From Marsupella aquatica (Eukaryota; Plantae; Marchantiophyta): 64,000 nucleotides of DNA. Positions 11,071 through 24,600 of the stretch are shown piece after piece (within the stretch, counting starts at the first letter, position 1; each line of letters begins with the position of its first letter). The notes under the pieces are model-generated. The model searched no databases, had not been told where the DNA came from, and worked only from the letters and a program-made list of their open reading frames with translations. The DNA is taken from the NCBI GenBank assembly GCA_973895155.1, contig OZ316891.1:9735875-9799874 (forward strand), read 5' to 3'. The position numbers and the translations under genes are program-made.

Positions 11071-14000
11071 CTAATCGTCGTCCTCGGCTGTGGGATCTTC
11101 GAAAGGCAGCGGCACAGTTTTTGTGGCTCGATACTTACCAACGTTATTCAAATGCTCATTCTCCAACCTGAACAGTCAGCCTCACAGTCTGAAAGTATCC
11201 AATAGAATCAAATTCAAAACACACATGATTTAGGGGTTTAGGACGACCAATAGTATGACCATCACAACTTGCCATCGTCTTCGCTACGAAGTATGCAGAG
11301 TGATAAATCAGCAACGGAGAGAATTTAGATGTATTGGATAAATCGTGTAGTCCGGAGACGTCGAGAAAGGTAGAGCGAGAGAGAGATACAAAGCCTGAGA
11401 TGTGACTCAGAAATCAACCACTGCCTTTCTTACCGGTAGAAATTCCAGTGGCCCCTCCTTACGACTTCCAAAGCAGCGAACCCAAAATCAGCAACCTGTT
11501 GATTCAATCCCCCGAACTTGAACCGCGTAACAGATTGCAACCACGCCAACCTCAGTACGACGTTCACTCCCTGCACATATCCATTATCGTTCAAGCTCAG
11601 AACTCACAGAAAAGAGGAGACAATGTGAAGACTTCAAAGCCTGCTATTGTGACTGTGAATCCCATCATACGACCGCAAACTGGAAAGGCAAACGGAACCT
11701 GAATTACTATTGCATAACGCAGCAAAATGAGAATCTCATCCACTTAATGCTTCAGACCCCCATATCCAATTTTGATAATTCATTCATAGCCTACACGATG
11801 GATTAAAATTCCAACACTTCAAATAGAAACCATTTTGAATTGATCTCACATAGGATTCCCTGAGAATTGTAGATATATCTGTTCGGACATAAGAAGAAGA
11901 TGTGGGCATATGACGGAAGTTGAGGTCGAAAGGCAGACAACTCCCATACCATGGATACAAAGTACACATATTTTTTCTGAGGCATAATAAGCTGGTCCCT
12001 TAGCCAAGGATTTTTAGAGTCCCTTCGGAGGAGTCCCCAATCTACAACAAGATCCCAGTACACCTGATAGAATGTTGCCACCGTTGATGAAGCAATGGAC
12101 ATTGCCCACCAGCCCTTGGAGCCATCGTTTCCATACTGTATTCTAATCGCTACCGCCACCAAGGCTGACAAATATTTCCCACCGTTTGCAATATGCGCGT
12201 TATCAAGCTCGTCGATGTATCGCCTTGCACACTGCTTGCATCAAAGTAGTATTCCAATAAGGGCATCAATTTTCATTGCGTTGCAATGAATCGTCTATTA
12301 GAGATTGGGACCTTCTTGAATTCAGGTACCTCGTTTTTGCAGAAATACAAATATAAGTGTTCATTAAGTATCACAAAACATTTTATCTACTGCAACTAAA
12401 CGACGATTAGCATCATCTTTGGTGTTGTGAGGAGGGCCCAGCATTAAAATCGAAAGGGTGATGGAAAATTTGGACTATTGACAAGATCTGGTCTTTTATA
12501 GAGAAGGGTGAGGAAAGGGAAGAAGATTTGTCAGACCTGCATGAGACGCCACCAGTATGGTAACAGTGAAATTAAATACGTCAAGCCCCTGTAACCTTCA
12601 TTTTGACTGCATTTTTGTGTGCTTCCCGTTCTAAAGAAACCTCCTAGATAGAAACACATCACATACTCCATGTTCCTCAGCATTGGCACCTGTAGTGAGA
12701 AATTGGAGCAGGGTTAAAACCAATCGATCACCCTGCCTTCCCAACATCAAGCCGAGAGTTCGAGAGTATAAACAAGACTATATCCCGTTGTTGTGTGCAA
12801 ATGCTAAGAAGCTTCCAGTGTCATGGACAAGGAATGACAATCAACCTTGGGTAGAAAACGGAAACATATTCCGAAAGCAGACGAAGTAAAGAGAAACTCT
12901 GTTCATCTGATTTCCTAACAATTCGACGCACTAGCAGTCCATTAAAATCTCAACGAAAACAACGAGTACAGGAAAGCAGTGTCCACCGAGTTCCATACCT
13001 GGCTTGTGAGCTGATCAGCCAGGAAAAAGTCTGCCAACACAACCTGCATCACCGTTTACAACCGTCAGCAACACGATGTAGGGGACTGAGAGCTTGTATA
13101 AATCTCTCGACAACATTTCAGGGTTATATAATAGTCAAGGCTTCGTGACATCTCTGTGCAAAGCGAGATTCTTCTATATCTTGTCCTCACCTCCAGGGTT
13201 ATCGTAATAAGATTTGGGGGCATATTTTACCTTGTACAAAGGAGAGCCAAAAATGTGGATCAGTGCGGCCAGTAAGAAAACTCGACTCGACCGGTAGAAA
13301 ATGTTTAGAGGACACACGAGCAGAAACACCAGCATCTGCCAGCCCGAATTTAGGCAATACCCGTCAGCTACAAGTTGGATATTAAGTCCAATAGCTGATT
13401 GTATCTCAGGTCAAATTAGAAGAGATCTTGCATTGGGTTCAAGAACATGAAGGAAAGTCTTATGCAGATACACAGCGAGCCATCAAAACGCTCAAAGAAA
13501 AGAGAAATACAGATTCATTCACAAAATCATATTTCGGGATGTCGGTAGGATTCCAACGAGACCAAGGTGAAAGAGAATTGCCAAACAAAACGTTGCCAAA
13601 TCTCAACGAGTACATTAAAGGAACGGCAGAGTGGAGGAAGAGTAACTTACCAACACTAAACAGAAAGGTATAACATCCACGAATGGTGACAGAGTTGCAG
13701 TGTGCAAAGTTAATTGCCCCACCATAGATCCAATAAGCAGGGTGGTAAGAATGGAAGTGACCATGAGAACTTCACGATGTCGAAGCTCTGTGCCAGGTTG
13801 AAACTCAAATATGAAAGGATAATTAATTCGCATTCGACGCCAGTAGAAGAGATTAGCTCCATACATGTACATATGTAGCAAAATTAGAGCTACCATGCTG
13901 CACCATCAAAATATCCCGCCCACCAAGCCTTAGATATCACATCAATATAAGATTTCCAAAAATAAATAGAAAGAAGAAATCGAGACAGGTTCTCTACACA

Positions 14001-17000
14001 GCATGATCCATGACTTAATCTATACTTCCTTCTCTTAGCACTTCTTCACCTTCTTTAGGAGGTGTAAACTACCACCCTACAACTAACTCTCTTAGAGTCA
14101 AACGGATATGCAGGCCACACTCGATGGGGACGGTAGAGCATGACGCATAGTCTTTCTTTATATCACCCAATCTCGTTACTTATGAGGTCGATACCTAAGA
14201 AGCATTTAGCACCTTACAAAGGACAAAGGTCCCTTAGATTTTGGCTTAATGCTTGCCTGTAAGGATCAGCACTGTCCTGCAGCTCATGCACGTCCATGAG
14301 ACATTCAAAATGAGTCACGGATTCAAATCTATATGTCTGATTGTTCTCAATTCTCAACTGAAGCATCTTCATCCAAGATGTCCATACGCCTGCACGACGT
14401 TAATTTAGTCATTCATTCTCTCGTAACAGTCAGTTCTGGACTCGTGAGCTGCTGTACTACTACATAGTGTACAGACCTCGTCCACAATGATCTCCTCTAT
14501 GATCTATCGTTCAGACATATCCTTTTAAGTCATTCATTTCTTCTTCATTCCGTCTGTCACTCTCAGCCTTCTCGGTAATGGTTGTTTAACCGAAGTGTGT
14601 AATAGAGGAACGGGAGACATTCTGGAACCTTCCTAATTCCAGTTGCATAAAGCGTAAGCTTGTATGGAGGGATGTTGTACAGGATGCCCTACATCTGTCC
14701 TGCTCTTGGACTGTCTGAGTGGGACTAAAGTAGTTATTAGACCTGAACGTTGGGAAGATGGTCTCGAAGTACACGCCGTTTGCTGCGAGAGTTGCCTCTT
14801 GCCCGTTCGCTTGCACTGGTCTGTACTTGGGAAGTAAATCATGCATGAGCACAGCGAAAACTGCCAACAGAGCCAACGATCCTCCACTAAACAGACCTGC
14901 CACACGCCAGATTCATGCTCAAGGTCATCGAACATGGGAAACATCGATCCATAACAAAATTGTTCTATATTTTAATCTTAATCAAACTCCCAACTACTCC
15001 GACTCTCTGTACTCTTCGTCCTCCATAATCACCGAAGAGTAACTGACAAAATCATCGATTGGCGTAAGCTATGCAAAACTGTCCGGTCGTAAGCTACTTC
15101 AAATCAAGCTCTTTCTGTGCATAATTCACAATGTAATTGTTGCCTCTAAGGCGTTATCCTACGAGTTTCACACGTTGATTGTAGGAATATAGTCGTTTAG
15201 GTTAACAGCAAATGCTGCGCCACTATGTGTTTGCTCTGGTGGTACGTGGGAGTACGACAGTTCAAGGACTAGAAACGATTCTCCTGGCGTATATGTAGTA
15301 GCCACTAGAGCACAAGATGGTAGTAAAATAAATCATAGTTTGAGACGTACCTAAGGCAAACGTGACGTGGTGGGAAGCCCTCTTCTGGCTAGGCCTCAGA
15401 CTCATCATTGCTTTCCGACGATTGTAATTTGCAAATTGTTCTGTGAACAACACCTCGACTTTATCCATGAGCTTCACAATCCTATCAGACGTGTTGAAGT
15501 AGGAAGTCTCGACAGCTTTGAGATACGCAGCTGCTGCCCTCTGTCCCGAAATCTTGTCGTATTTCTTGAGTATCTTTGCGAATGCGACCATGTTCAAGGA
15601 GCTGTATCTCTTCATCATCGCCAGTCCACGATAATACTCGATGAAGGCCGCACGCAGCATTTTTTCGGCCAGCTGGATCTTCTTCTTCGTTATGATGACA
15701 GGATCTGATGCTTTCTGATCTTTGACCTCTGGACTCCTTGAACCCCTCTGCACCTGTTTCACGACGTCCTCCCATAACGTCTGGGACAGCATGGAGATGG
15801 CCGTGCGCGGTGTTGTGATAGGAAGTCTCATTCTCATTATCTTCGGAGAAAGGGACCTCTCGTTTCTTCGCTTTTCCGAGGGGGAATCAGGCGACACGCT
15901 GATCTCACTGCTTTCTCCTTCTAAGTCATCTCTGTCAAGAAGTCCTGCAACGCCACCCTTGCTATCGAGACTAGCGTGAAAACTATTCGTAGTCTTACTA
16001 TCATCTGCCTGAGTCAGATGCAGCGACACCGTATTATCCCGACCCACCTCTAGATCTGTAATATTCATTCGAGCAAGATATTAATGATCATTCGGTTTAT
16101 GTTGGCAACGAACCAAAACATCAGCTTAGTCGTATTAAACATTGCCGAACCATCTCAATGAAACTAAAATCGGGAGTTATCTTGAAAATTTTTCAAAATA
16201 TACTTCTGACGTATATGCGGGATGCCTTTCCAGCACTTTCTAAAACACTCGTCCTAAGCGTACTACTCCTTGAGGCCAGAGGTTCCCAGGAATCTACCAT
16301 TCCCTCCGATGATTTGATTCCAACTTGGACTCAAATCCGAGAGACTAGAATACTTTGCTTGATTGCATAACTTTATCCCAGCGAAACAACAAGAACTGCG
16401 GGGCAGTGGGACTCATTGGGAAACGTACGGATCTCTTTCGCTTTTCGAATCTATATGCTTGTCTACATAAAGATTACAGGAGTTCCGTACTTCAAGATAA
16501 CCAGATTGATGCTGGAGTGACCAGCACGTTCAAAAATAGGACTCAAGTACTTCATGATCGTCCCTTTTATCGACAGCGCGGGAGTGCAAGCGTCCTACCT
16601 GTGATCGATGGATGGAAGGGATGGACAAGGAATCGAGTAGGACCGAATCGCTAGGAATTACCTACCATCTTGATTATCATCGTCACTTCCACATTCTGCA
16701 GCTGGCGAGTGTTGATACCTCTGATCGGAAAAAACTTTGCGCATCTCTAGCAAAGCGCACATTTGTTTCTCGAGAACATCTGCTTGCTCGATGAAGTCCT
16801 TCTCCTTGATTCTGTAGAACTGATTCACCTTGTTGAACTGAGAGTCCAGCCTAGCGAAAAAGGCGGCGTCCAACTCAGAAAGGTTCACTAGCTCAGTTTC
16901 ATGAATCTCCCAGGGATCATTTTCTACCTTTTTCACCTGCAAGGCAAAGAAAGATGATTGAGTCACTTCCAAATACTGTCGCGTTCATACCATGTCACGA

Positions 17001-18706
17001 ATCGTGACCACACTGATAAAATGTCTGCGACAGCTCTACGCAGGTTCGTTCCTTAGCCAACTCGATCTCCCAATTCTCCTCAAAATGTTTCACATCATCA
17101 CGGTACAGACAGCACAAGGCGTTGAATCTATCCGATAAAGCCCATCAGACATCAGCTTACACGGTTCACGGCTGTCGACTAACCATTCTCGAGGCCTGGG
17201 CTCACTTGAGAGCAGAGGAGAAATCAAAATTTTAAACGAGTACATAATTGACTATCTTTACCGATCATGAAGTTCTCACTTCATCAACCAATTGTATATG
17301 CTTCGAAATGATTTGGTTAACAAACTAGAAAGAACAACACCGGGCAGCCCTCAGGAACGATGTACACTCCCAGCACCATTTACTGGATACGACGAGTTAT
17401 GAAATACCCTGGACGGACGTACTGGCTTAATTCGAATCGTTATCACACAACCAAGTTTAACTACTTTCGTTGGACTGTGAAACCACGCTCGTGGCAACAA
17501 TTATTGCAAGGCGAAGCTTCTCGGTTGGAGACAAGACCCAGTTCAATTCACAAGCATGTCGATTCATACTCCCTGATATTGCTAGGCTAGTCAAACCTAC
17601 AAGAAGGAATTTACTTCTATTGAGATTTCCCTTGAGGATCTCTGAAGATCTGAACTCCATCGATCCGCCTCGGACTCTCCCTTCAGCGGACCCTAGGCCA
17701 TCACTAGGGTGAATTGGAATCTATCAGTAGTTGCGTAATTGACAGTTTCAAATAAAGTAACCGATGTACGGACCTCGCGAGTAAAGTCACTTGAAGCCTT
17801 GTCGATGACGGGGTCATTAATGAGCTTTCTAATTTCTACTACGGAAAGACTACAGAACCTTCTCCCTGTGGACTGTCTTATATGCAATGCATCTTGCGGC
17901 ATACTGCAAAGTTGGGCAAAATTTACTATTCATCTCCATTAGCTTTTGAGCCTTAAAGAACATTTATGTAAATTTTTCTGTCTTTCCTAACTTAATGAAA
18001 ACTTTTCAGATTCCCTCTATTCCTCAGAGATTCCACTCTGGCGTTCTCTGAACTTTCGGTCTCTAACGAGTTCACTGGCTTTTGGGAGGGTTGATGCTTT
18101 CCATATTTCGGTCCCGATCTTGATGTTTTCAAAAATTGGACTCTAAATTCAATACTCGACATTGCTCATGCAACAGATCCTCTGTGGGCCTTTTGAAACC
18201 TACCCTGCAGCATTCAACTCGTAGCACTAGCTCCTACAAGTATGCTTCAGTAAAATTTCACGAGAGTACCGGCGAGATGACGACTCCTGGAGCGGTTACG
18301 TAGGACAGTCAAAAAATTGGATGTGGATAGGCCAACAGGAGAAACACAACGCAATCTAGTTATTTGAAGGAAGAGCAAGGTAAATTGGCGAACTAGGCAA
18401 AGCCATTTTAAGCACCTGAACGATAGAGTCCCTCCGTGATCGTCGATTAAGTCTGTGTCCTCCCAAGGCCTGGCCAGTGAGAGCCACGAAAGTCCCTAAC
18501 GAATCTTGCACACGAGAGAAGTTCGACGACCTTCTACCGGACGCGTTACCCATTTGAAATGACGGCGAGCTCAGTTCCTTCGAACGCTCATCCTCTACAA
18601 CCTGCTTCATGTGTTTCAAATCTTTCTTCAGCAGTTTGTAGGTCACATAGGCAGCTCGCCATTCCGGCACAAGCTGTCCGTCCAATTGCTTCGAAAATTT
18701 CACCAT
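11071..18706 (-). CDS. PHO1: PHO1-family SPX-EXS phosphate exporter (~11 exons)
   Basis: N-terminal [23 protein letters not shown]; [16 protein letters not shown]; [18 protein letters not shown]; EXS motifs [21 protein letters not shown] and [20 protein letters not shown]. Ends with TAG TAA TAG at 11065-11073. Confidence 0.96.
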
Positions 18707-18766
18707 CGTCGGAGCAGCGGCCCGATTGTCTTCTTCGTAACCCCTCCACTTCTATTTCACTCGACC

Positions 18767-18787
18767 TCAGTTGCATGTGGACGACAT
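18767..18787 (-). promoter_or_regulatory. Candidate uORF (MSSTCN*) upstream of PHO1; a second out-of-frame uATG at 18776 opens an ORF overlapping the main start
   Basis: Minus strand reads ATG TCG TCC ACA TGC AAC TGA, starting 81 nt before the PHO1 ATG. The ATG at 18776 reads through to a stop at 18588. The TSS is not known. Confidence 0.45.
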
Positions 18788-20028
18788 GAAATTCTGTTCC
18801 GACTTGAGTAGCAGTTATTGCCAACAGAAGAGGAAGGTTTGTACGTAGTCGGATATGAATTGGCTCCTCGACGGTGTGTCTATCGACCGAGCAATGCACT
18901 TGATTTATGATATTTTTTTCCAGGCAGTGTTGCAGTCATGTGTTAACCTAGATGGAGAGGACACGAGGACAGTTGCTCGATATCTAGCGAAGTAGGTGAC
19001 GTGCCGATTCCAAGCTCAAATGAGGCATAATCACCCTTTTAAGAGGCATTGCATTTTTATTCGAGAGCACTACAGGAAATCAACATGAGACTTCGAATGC
19101 ACATTTTGTGTGGCTGGAGAGTCTAAACGGCAGCTGCAGTATTGATCGGCAGGCTGCTGGTGATAAACGGAAAAGCCACGTGACACCCTTCAATGGTTGC
19201 TGCTGCTGATCGAGCCTGTCGCTATTCCTTGCTCCAATTGGCCCTGCCTGCCTACATCAAATTGATAATAACAATCAAATGAAACCACGCCACCGAGCGT
19301 GCCAAACACGACAACAAAAAGAACGAGAGCTAGCGGGTAAGTGTGCAATTCGTTGACATGCTAAAAGCCTTCTCATACCATTTGCCTTCTATTTGTAGGA
19401 GTCCAATCTATCCCTTGTGCTCCAGTGTTGCCCATGAACTTTCGATTTCCTCTCCATTCATTGGTTCTCTGTGTCTTTTCAGAGACAAAAAGGCAAGTCG
19501 CATCGATGAGGTTGTATCCGTCACGGAACATTCAAGCAAATCTTCCTTCTGGACTTCCGTCGACGCTGATTATGTCGCTATCAGACAATTCACAGTGAGC
19601 GTCTCTAAAACTCTGGTTACTACCAAATCAATACCATTTTTTGAACTAGTTCCTCGTCAAGAAAGTACCAACACCATGCTCTCTAACTTTCACATCACCT
19701 TCCTCAATTTCGTCTAGTAGCCATGCACTAAAACCAGGCAAGAGACACGTGACGGGATTAGAATTAAGGGAGTCGAATTAAGGGAATGGCCACGCCGACC
19801 CGAATTTCCTCCGTCTCCAATTTGACGGCGTGGAATCAAGACCAGACGACCTCAGGCTTGAATCGAGAATGTACGACCAGTCTCGGGAAAAAACACCGTC
19901 GCAGCAACCGTTACGAGAAGTTCCTTGTGCACGAGGACTCAGACTCGACCAACAAGATTTCTACAACATGGAACAACCGGCGGGGAAACAACTTAGTTAC
20001 CGAAGGCATCGATTGACATGCGAGAAAG

Positions 20029-20341
20029 ATTAAGCACGATTCCAAATATCGATGCACATTAATGAGGCGAGAGGGAGCGTTTACAGGGTATTACACTCGA
20101 CACTGCCACGCTTACATCCGTTTCCTGTTGGGCAGTCCGTACTGAAATCGGGCAGCGTGTTCCTTATGGACCATTGAACTCCCGCACCTGTCCCCAAAAC
20201 TACCACTGCCCTGTCCCTATTCATCTGGGAACCCTCCCGGGCCCGCACCGGCTGTAAACTGCACCTCTCGGGTCGCGTCCCTTCTCACTCCCGGTAATGT
20301 ATCGGGCATCCAGTATGAGCAAATTACATACTGGAGGGGTA
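20029..20341 (+). repeat. Left TIR of the MULE
   Basis: attaagcacgattccaaatatcgatgcacattaatgaggcgaga...catactggagggg. Confidence 0.95.
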
Positions 20342-20645
20342 CGAGGATGCCATACCTAAGAATGCAAATGAGTCCAGAACTTTCCTTCCCGCGCGAGACT
20401 TCACTCTGCCCTATTGCATACTCTTCCAGTCCACGTTTTCGTAGACGAGAATCGAGGTGTGTTCGCATGTGGTGAGTGTTTGCATTACCAACCATTCCTT
20501 TGAGCAATTCCAATGTTGAGGCTCATTTGCGGGTGAATGGTGTGAATGGTATTGATATTCATATCGTTCCAATTTTTCAGAGAGCATAACTCCCGTTGAA
20601 GTCACATACAAAGGGTTCATAGCGCGAAGCGGTAAGACAAACTCA

Positions 20646-21479
20646 ATGTCGATGCCAACTTTGTTTGATGTGCAAGCAGCTGTGATGAGAGAGGAGACCG
20701 GGTACATAGCTCCATGTAGTGTCCATGTTTTTAATTTCATTGCCACGAATCCCTTCCCAAAAAAATTCCTGTATCGAGGTTGTACAGAGGTCCTTCCAAG
20801 AGGACCGTGTAAGATTTCAATAGAAGGTCCAAGGCAGAAGCATTGCAAGCATGATGCGTTGCAGAATGGAACATACAGCAAGTTCTTCCGTTTTGAGTTG
20901 TTGTTAACGGATGGAACACTGGAGGCTAATTACGGGAAGCCAACTTTGCGGGCCGCTGTTTGGGATGCTGTGCGAAATTTGTTGGGCCTGTCCGCGACTG
21001 CCTTAGCCTGTATGGATCCACTGGATCAGTTCCAATTTATCCATGAGGCGGTGAAGGGTGTGCCCCTTTGCAATGTTGTTTTCCGGATGAATCGTGGTAT
21101 TTTGAGTGTGAATGAGTCGGACATTGTAGCATCAAGCAGTACGTTGCCACAGTCCCGTCTCTGGACCCAAACACGAACTCCTACACAGCTTGTAACACCG
21201 CTCGCCTCCCGAGCTCCACGCAGGGCACACTCCCCACACTTACCATCAGCCAATACCTACAACGTTGTTCCAGTTGGGTTGTTAGAGGACTCCACTGCAA
21301 CAACGTCCAATACCCCATCCATGGTGACCGCCAAGTCAGCCAAGTCACCTGTAGGGAAACCGAGGCAGCGTCGTACACCACACCTACATCGAGCAGAGGA
21401 GACTCATCACAGGTGGTACAAGAGGAAGGCGACAACGCAGCAACCCAGGGCACAATGTCAACCATTGTCCGACGCCTAG
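20646..21479 (+). CDS. MULE accessory ORF: RPA1/RPA70 C-terminal-like Zn-binding OB-fold with a basic disordered tail (277 aa)
   Basis: FLYRGC...PCK...HCKH...YSKFFRFELLLTDGT...AAVWDAVRNLLGLSATAL matches the Rep_fac-A_C pattern by eye (YxxC..C..C..C/H; yr.l.l.D.T; fd...llG.sA..l). The ORF is intact and intronless. Confidence 0.65.
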   Translation: MSMPTLFDVQAAVMREETGYIAPCSVHVFNFIATNPFPKKFLYRGCTEVLPRGPCKISIEGPRQKHCKHDALQNGTYSKFFRFELLLTDGTLEANYGKPTLRAAVWDAVRNLLGLSATALACMDPLDQFQFIHEAVKGVPLCNVVFRMNRGILSVNESDIVASSSTLPQSRLWTQTRTPTQLVTPLASRAPRRAHSPHLPSANTYNVVPVGLLEDSTATTSNTPSMVTAKSAKSPVGKPRQRRTPHLHRAEETHHRWYKRKATTQQPRAQCQPLSDA

Positions 21480-21665
21480 CTGAAGTTTTCAATTCATCAT
21501 TGGATGTGTACTCTGGGCGCAACCGTTAGTCATAGAATCAGCTTAGCGTTGGACTTACTTAGTCATTTTGGAAGGAATTTCCGCATTGTGCAATGCCACT
21601 TTTATTCTCGTTTCTCTTCAATGAACACTCCGTCTTGGTGTTCCACGACTACTTGTATGCATTAT

Positions 21666-24600
21666 TGTGACACGGGTAACGTGTCACTTGACCGAACCCA
21701 GGTCGTAGATTAGGACTTATACGGTCATTAGGACCGTAGCCATAGCGTAGAATAGCACGTATAGCCGTCAAGTTGCCATTATGATTAGATTAGGAGTAGG
21801 TTAAGATAACCGAATAATTACGAGTTCAGGAAAGGGATTATTACGCACGACCGAGGTACGGTGGCGGCAGCGGAGTAAAAATCAGTTAGAAGAATCACGC
21901 TTGGACCGAGACGCCGACTTCAGCTCGTTATCAATGACCAAACGGCCTGACCTTCTCACGCTCGGGCTCGTCCAGGCACCCCCATAAGAGAGGAGCTGAT
22001 GGCACTGCGGGCCATTCGCTCACGTTTACCTTTTTGGAATTCACGGATGCTGCCATCCGCTCGCCTTTTTGATTGAATCCAGTCGACCTTTACGAGGAAA
22101 TTATCGAGGGAGAAGAGCGGAATGTGGCGAGATTTAGTCAGGACGAGCGAGGCCTCCGCGAAAAAGGACCAGCCAGGTGGGAACGTGGACGCAATGAACC
22201 GGACTACAAGGTTAGTATGACCCTCACAGCCTTGGGATTTTGGACCTTGTTTGGCGAGGTAGGTGCTAAGTTCTCCAAGACTTACTGGTACTCTTGCCCC
22301 GAGAAAGCCGTTTACGAACGAAGGTACGCAAAGCTGGTAACCAAGGTAGCACTAGTTAATTGCGACAGGACAGCCATCACCAGGGATTCTAGCTATAACG
22401 AGCTGCGAGACTACATCACCGAACTATATCTCAGCGAGGAAGGGCTTAGATCGGTAGCAGACTGAGGCAATTCTTGAGGTTCCAGCTAAGTTCTTTAAGC
22501 TGAAGGGCAACCAGCGGCTTACTCAAGCGGAGTTCGACAAGATTCCGGGGTACCTAGACCAGCAGATCGCAGCCGAAAAGCGCCAAGAAGACATCAGCAG
22601 ACAACGGGAAGCGGCGCGTAATCTCACGTTCCTCGGGGAAAGCTCCAACGCCTTCAACTGGGATATGGCTACCCCAGCGCCTCAACCGATGACCACCGGA
22701 GTACCGCCGAACCAGTCCCAAGTCCGTCCAGTAATCAACGTGGAGTGTTCTTTGGGTTCCGAGCGAGCTAGTCCGCAACTCGAACAGCGTCCTCGTAAGC
22801 GGTCAAGGACTACGACGGCCCCCGAATCAACACGGACCGATGCCGCGCCTGCACCTGCCCCGGCAAACCCCCCGACCAACCAGACCCGATGGCCCCCGGA
22901 TAACCTGAAGTCCAACTTATTACAGGTAATCCGCGTCCCCGAGGTAGTCTGGATCGCGATCAAGAAACTCGAACATGCGGACTATCTCAAGGAGCATCAG
23001 TTGGAGCGGTTTGCCCACTTACTATGGAGGCCGTGCGCCGCCGGGCCGAAGGAGATTTGTGAGTTCATCTCCAATTTCGACACTGATGCGTCAACCACCA
23101 AGGTTTCGGGGCAGACCTTATCACTCACAGAGCATCGGTTAACGCAAATTTTCGGCCTACCAACCGGGCCGGTGCCGGTGGAAATCCGAATTCGGGATAA
23201 GGAGTATACGCCGCGGCACTTCAAACCCGAGGGTAAGACGGACAACGGATACAAGCAGGGGGCGTGCACCAACTTAACCTGTATGGAGCGGCTTAACTTC
23301 ATACGGACTACCCTACACATGATTGAGCCACGATCCGAGATTTCCCTCTGCATAATCGTGCAGGTGGAACAGTACAAACGACGAAACTGGGCCCAATTCT
23401 TCTACTGAAGATTCTCAGGGGAGCTGAAGCGGGCTCAGGGGGGTATGGCTATTGGAGGGAAGACTTACTTGGGAAGTCATATCGCCATTATCCTCGCCTG
23501 GTACAAGGCACGGCGGGAGGCTAGAGGAAAGAATACGGCCACCTCAGCCCCGGGTAATGTCACCCCCGCCCCAGAGGAGGCAACCCCTACTACGCGGACT
23601 ACTGTCCCTCAGACAAACCCTGAGCCGGAAGCCCCGACTAATACTCCGCAACCGCCCCCTGTGGAAATTCCATCGCCTCCTTCCGTTGAGCCTCCGCTAC
23701 CTGCAGTACAACCACCCCCAATCCCTCCACCACCTGAAGAAACCTTCCCCTCCCCAGCACTGACTACGGAGGAGCTCATTGCCCCTGCCGAGGAACCACC
23801 GGTACCCGAGAGGATGGAGGACTACCAAGTAGCCCCGGGGACCATGGCCTACGACCTGGTCCAGAAGTTTAGCCAGACTATGTCTGGGGAGTTGGCGACA
23901 TACATCGGACAACAAGTCTCGACGTACTTTCAGCCAGCCTTCTTCATGTTAGAGCACCAACCACGGATCGTCAGCCGCTTGGAAGAAGAACTCATGGCGA
24001 AGGGGAATGAGATCGAGCGTCTCCAGATGCTGGTAGAGCACCTCGAGGAGGAGGCAACGACCCGCCGCGAGGATTTAGTGTGCATTGTCGAACAGAGGGA
24101 CGGACTAACCTAGGAGTTAAGAGGAGCGCAGGCCAAACTCAAGAAGCTGGACGACACCGTGCTTCAATTACGCTCAGAATCTTTGGCTCGGGTTACCAGC
24201 CTGACCGACCTCAACAAACAATTCCTGCAGGCAGCACAGCAGGTGGCTAGTCTCTCTGCCGAACGAGATAAATTGCTAGCGCAGGACCAGGTCCATCGCG
24301 ACGCCATCGACCAGCTCAACTTGGAGGTGGCGCGGCTCCAGACTGAAGCCGATGAAGCTGCAAACAAGGCGGAGGAAGCATTACGGGACAACAAGGCTTT
24401 GCAGGACCGCGTCACCCTGCTCGTCCTCCAGCGGGGAAAACCTGGGCCCACCTCTGATCAAGGCGGCTCGAGGTCTCGCCCCGACAAGGGGACCAGCCCT
24501 GGTCCAACCACTGCACACACGTAAGGGGTAGTTAGCGAAGGGTAGAAGCAGGCGCCGCGCGAGGCGGTTAAGTCAGCGGCATCTTTTAGTTAGGCGTAAC

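Noticed and set aside
9395-11071. cis-natural antisense pairing between convergent HPR and PHO1
   Set aside because: The stop codons are ~1.7 kb apart and nothing in the sequence shows overlapping transcripts.
20400-21660. Helitron as the source of the RPA-like ORF
   Set aside because: No Rep/helicase and no convincing 5' TC / 3' hairpin-CTRR boundaries were seen; the ORF sits directly inside the MULE TIR. Not fully excluded.
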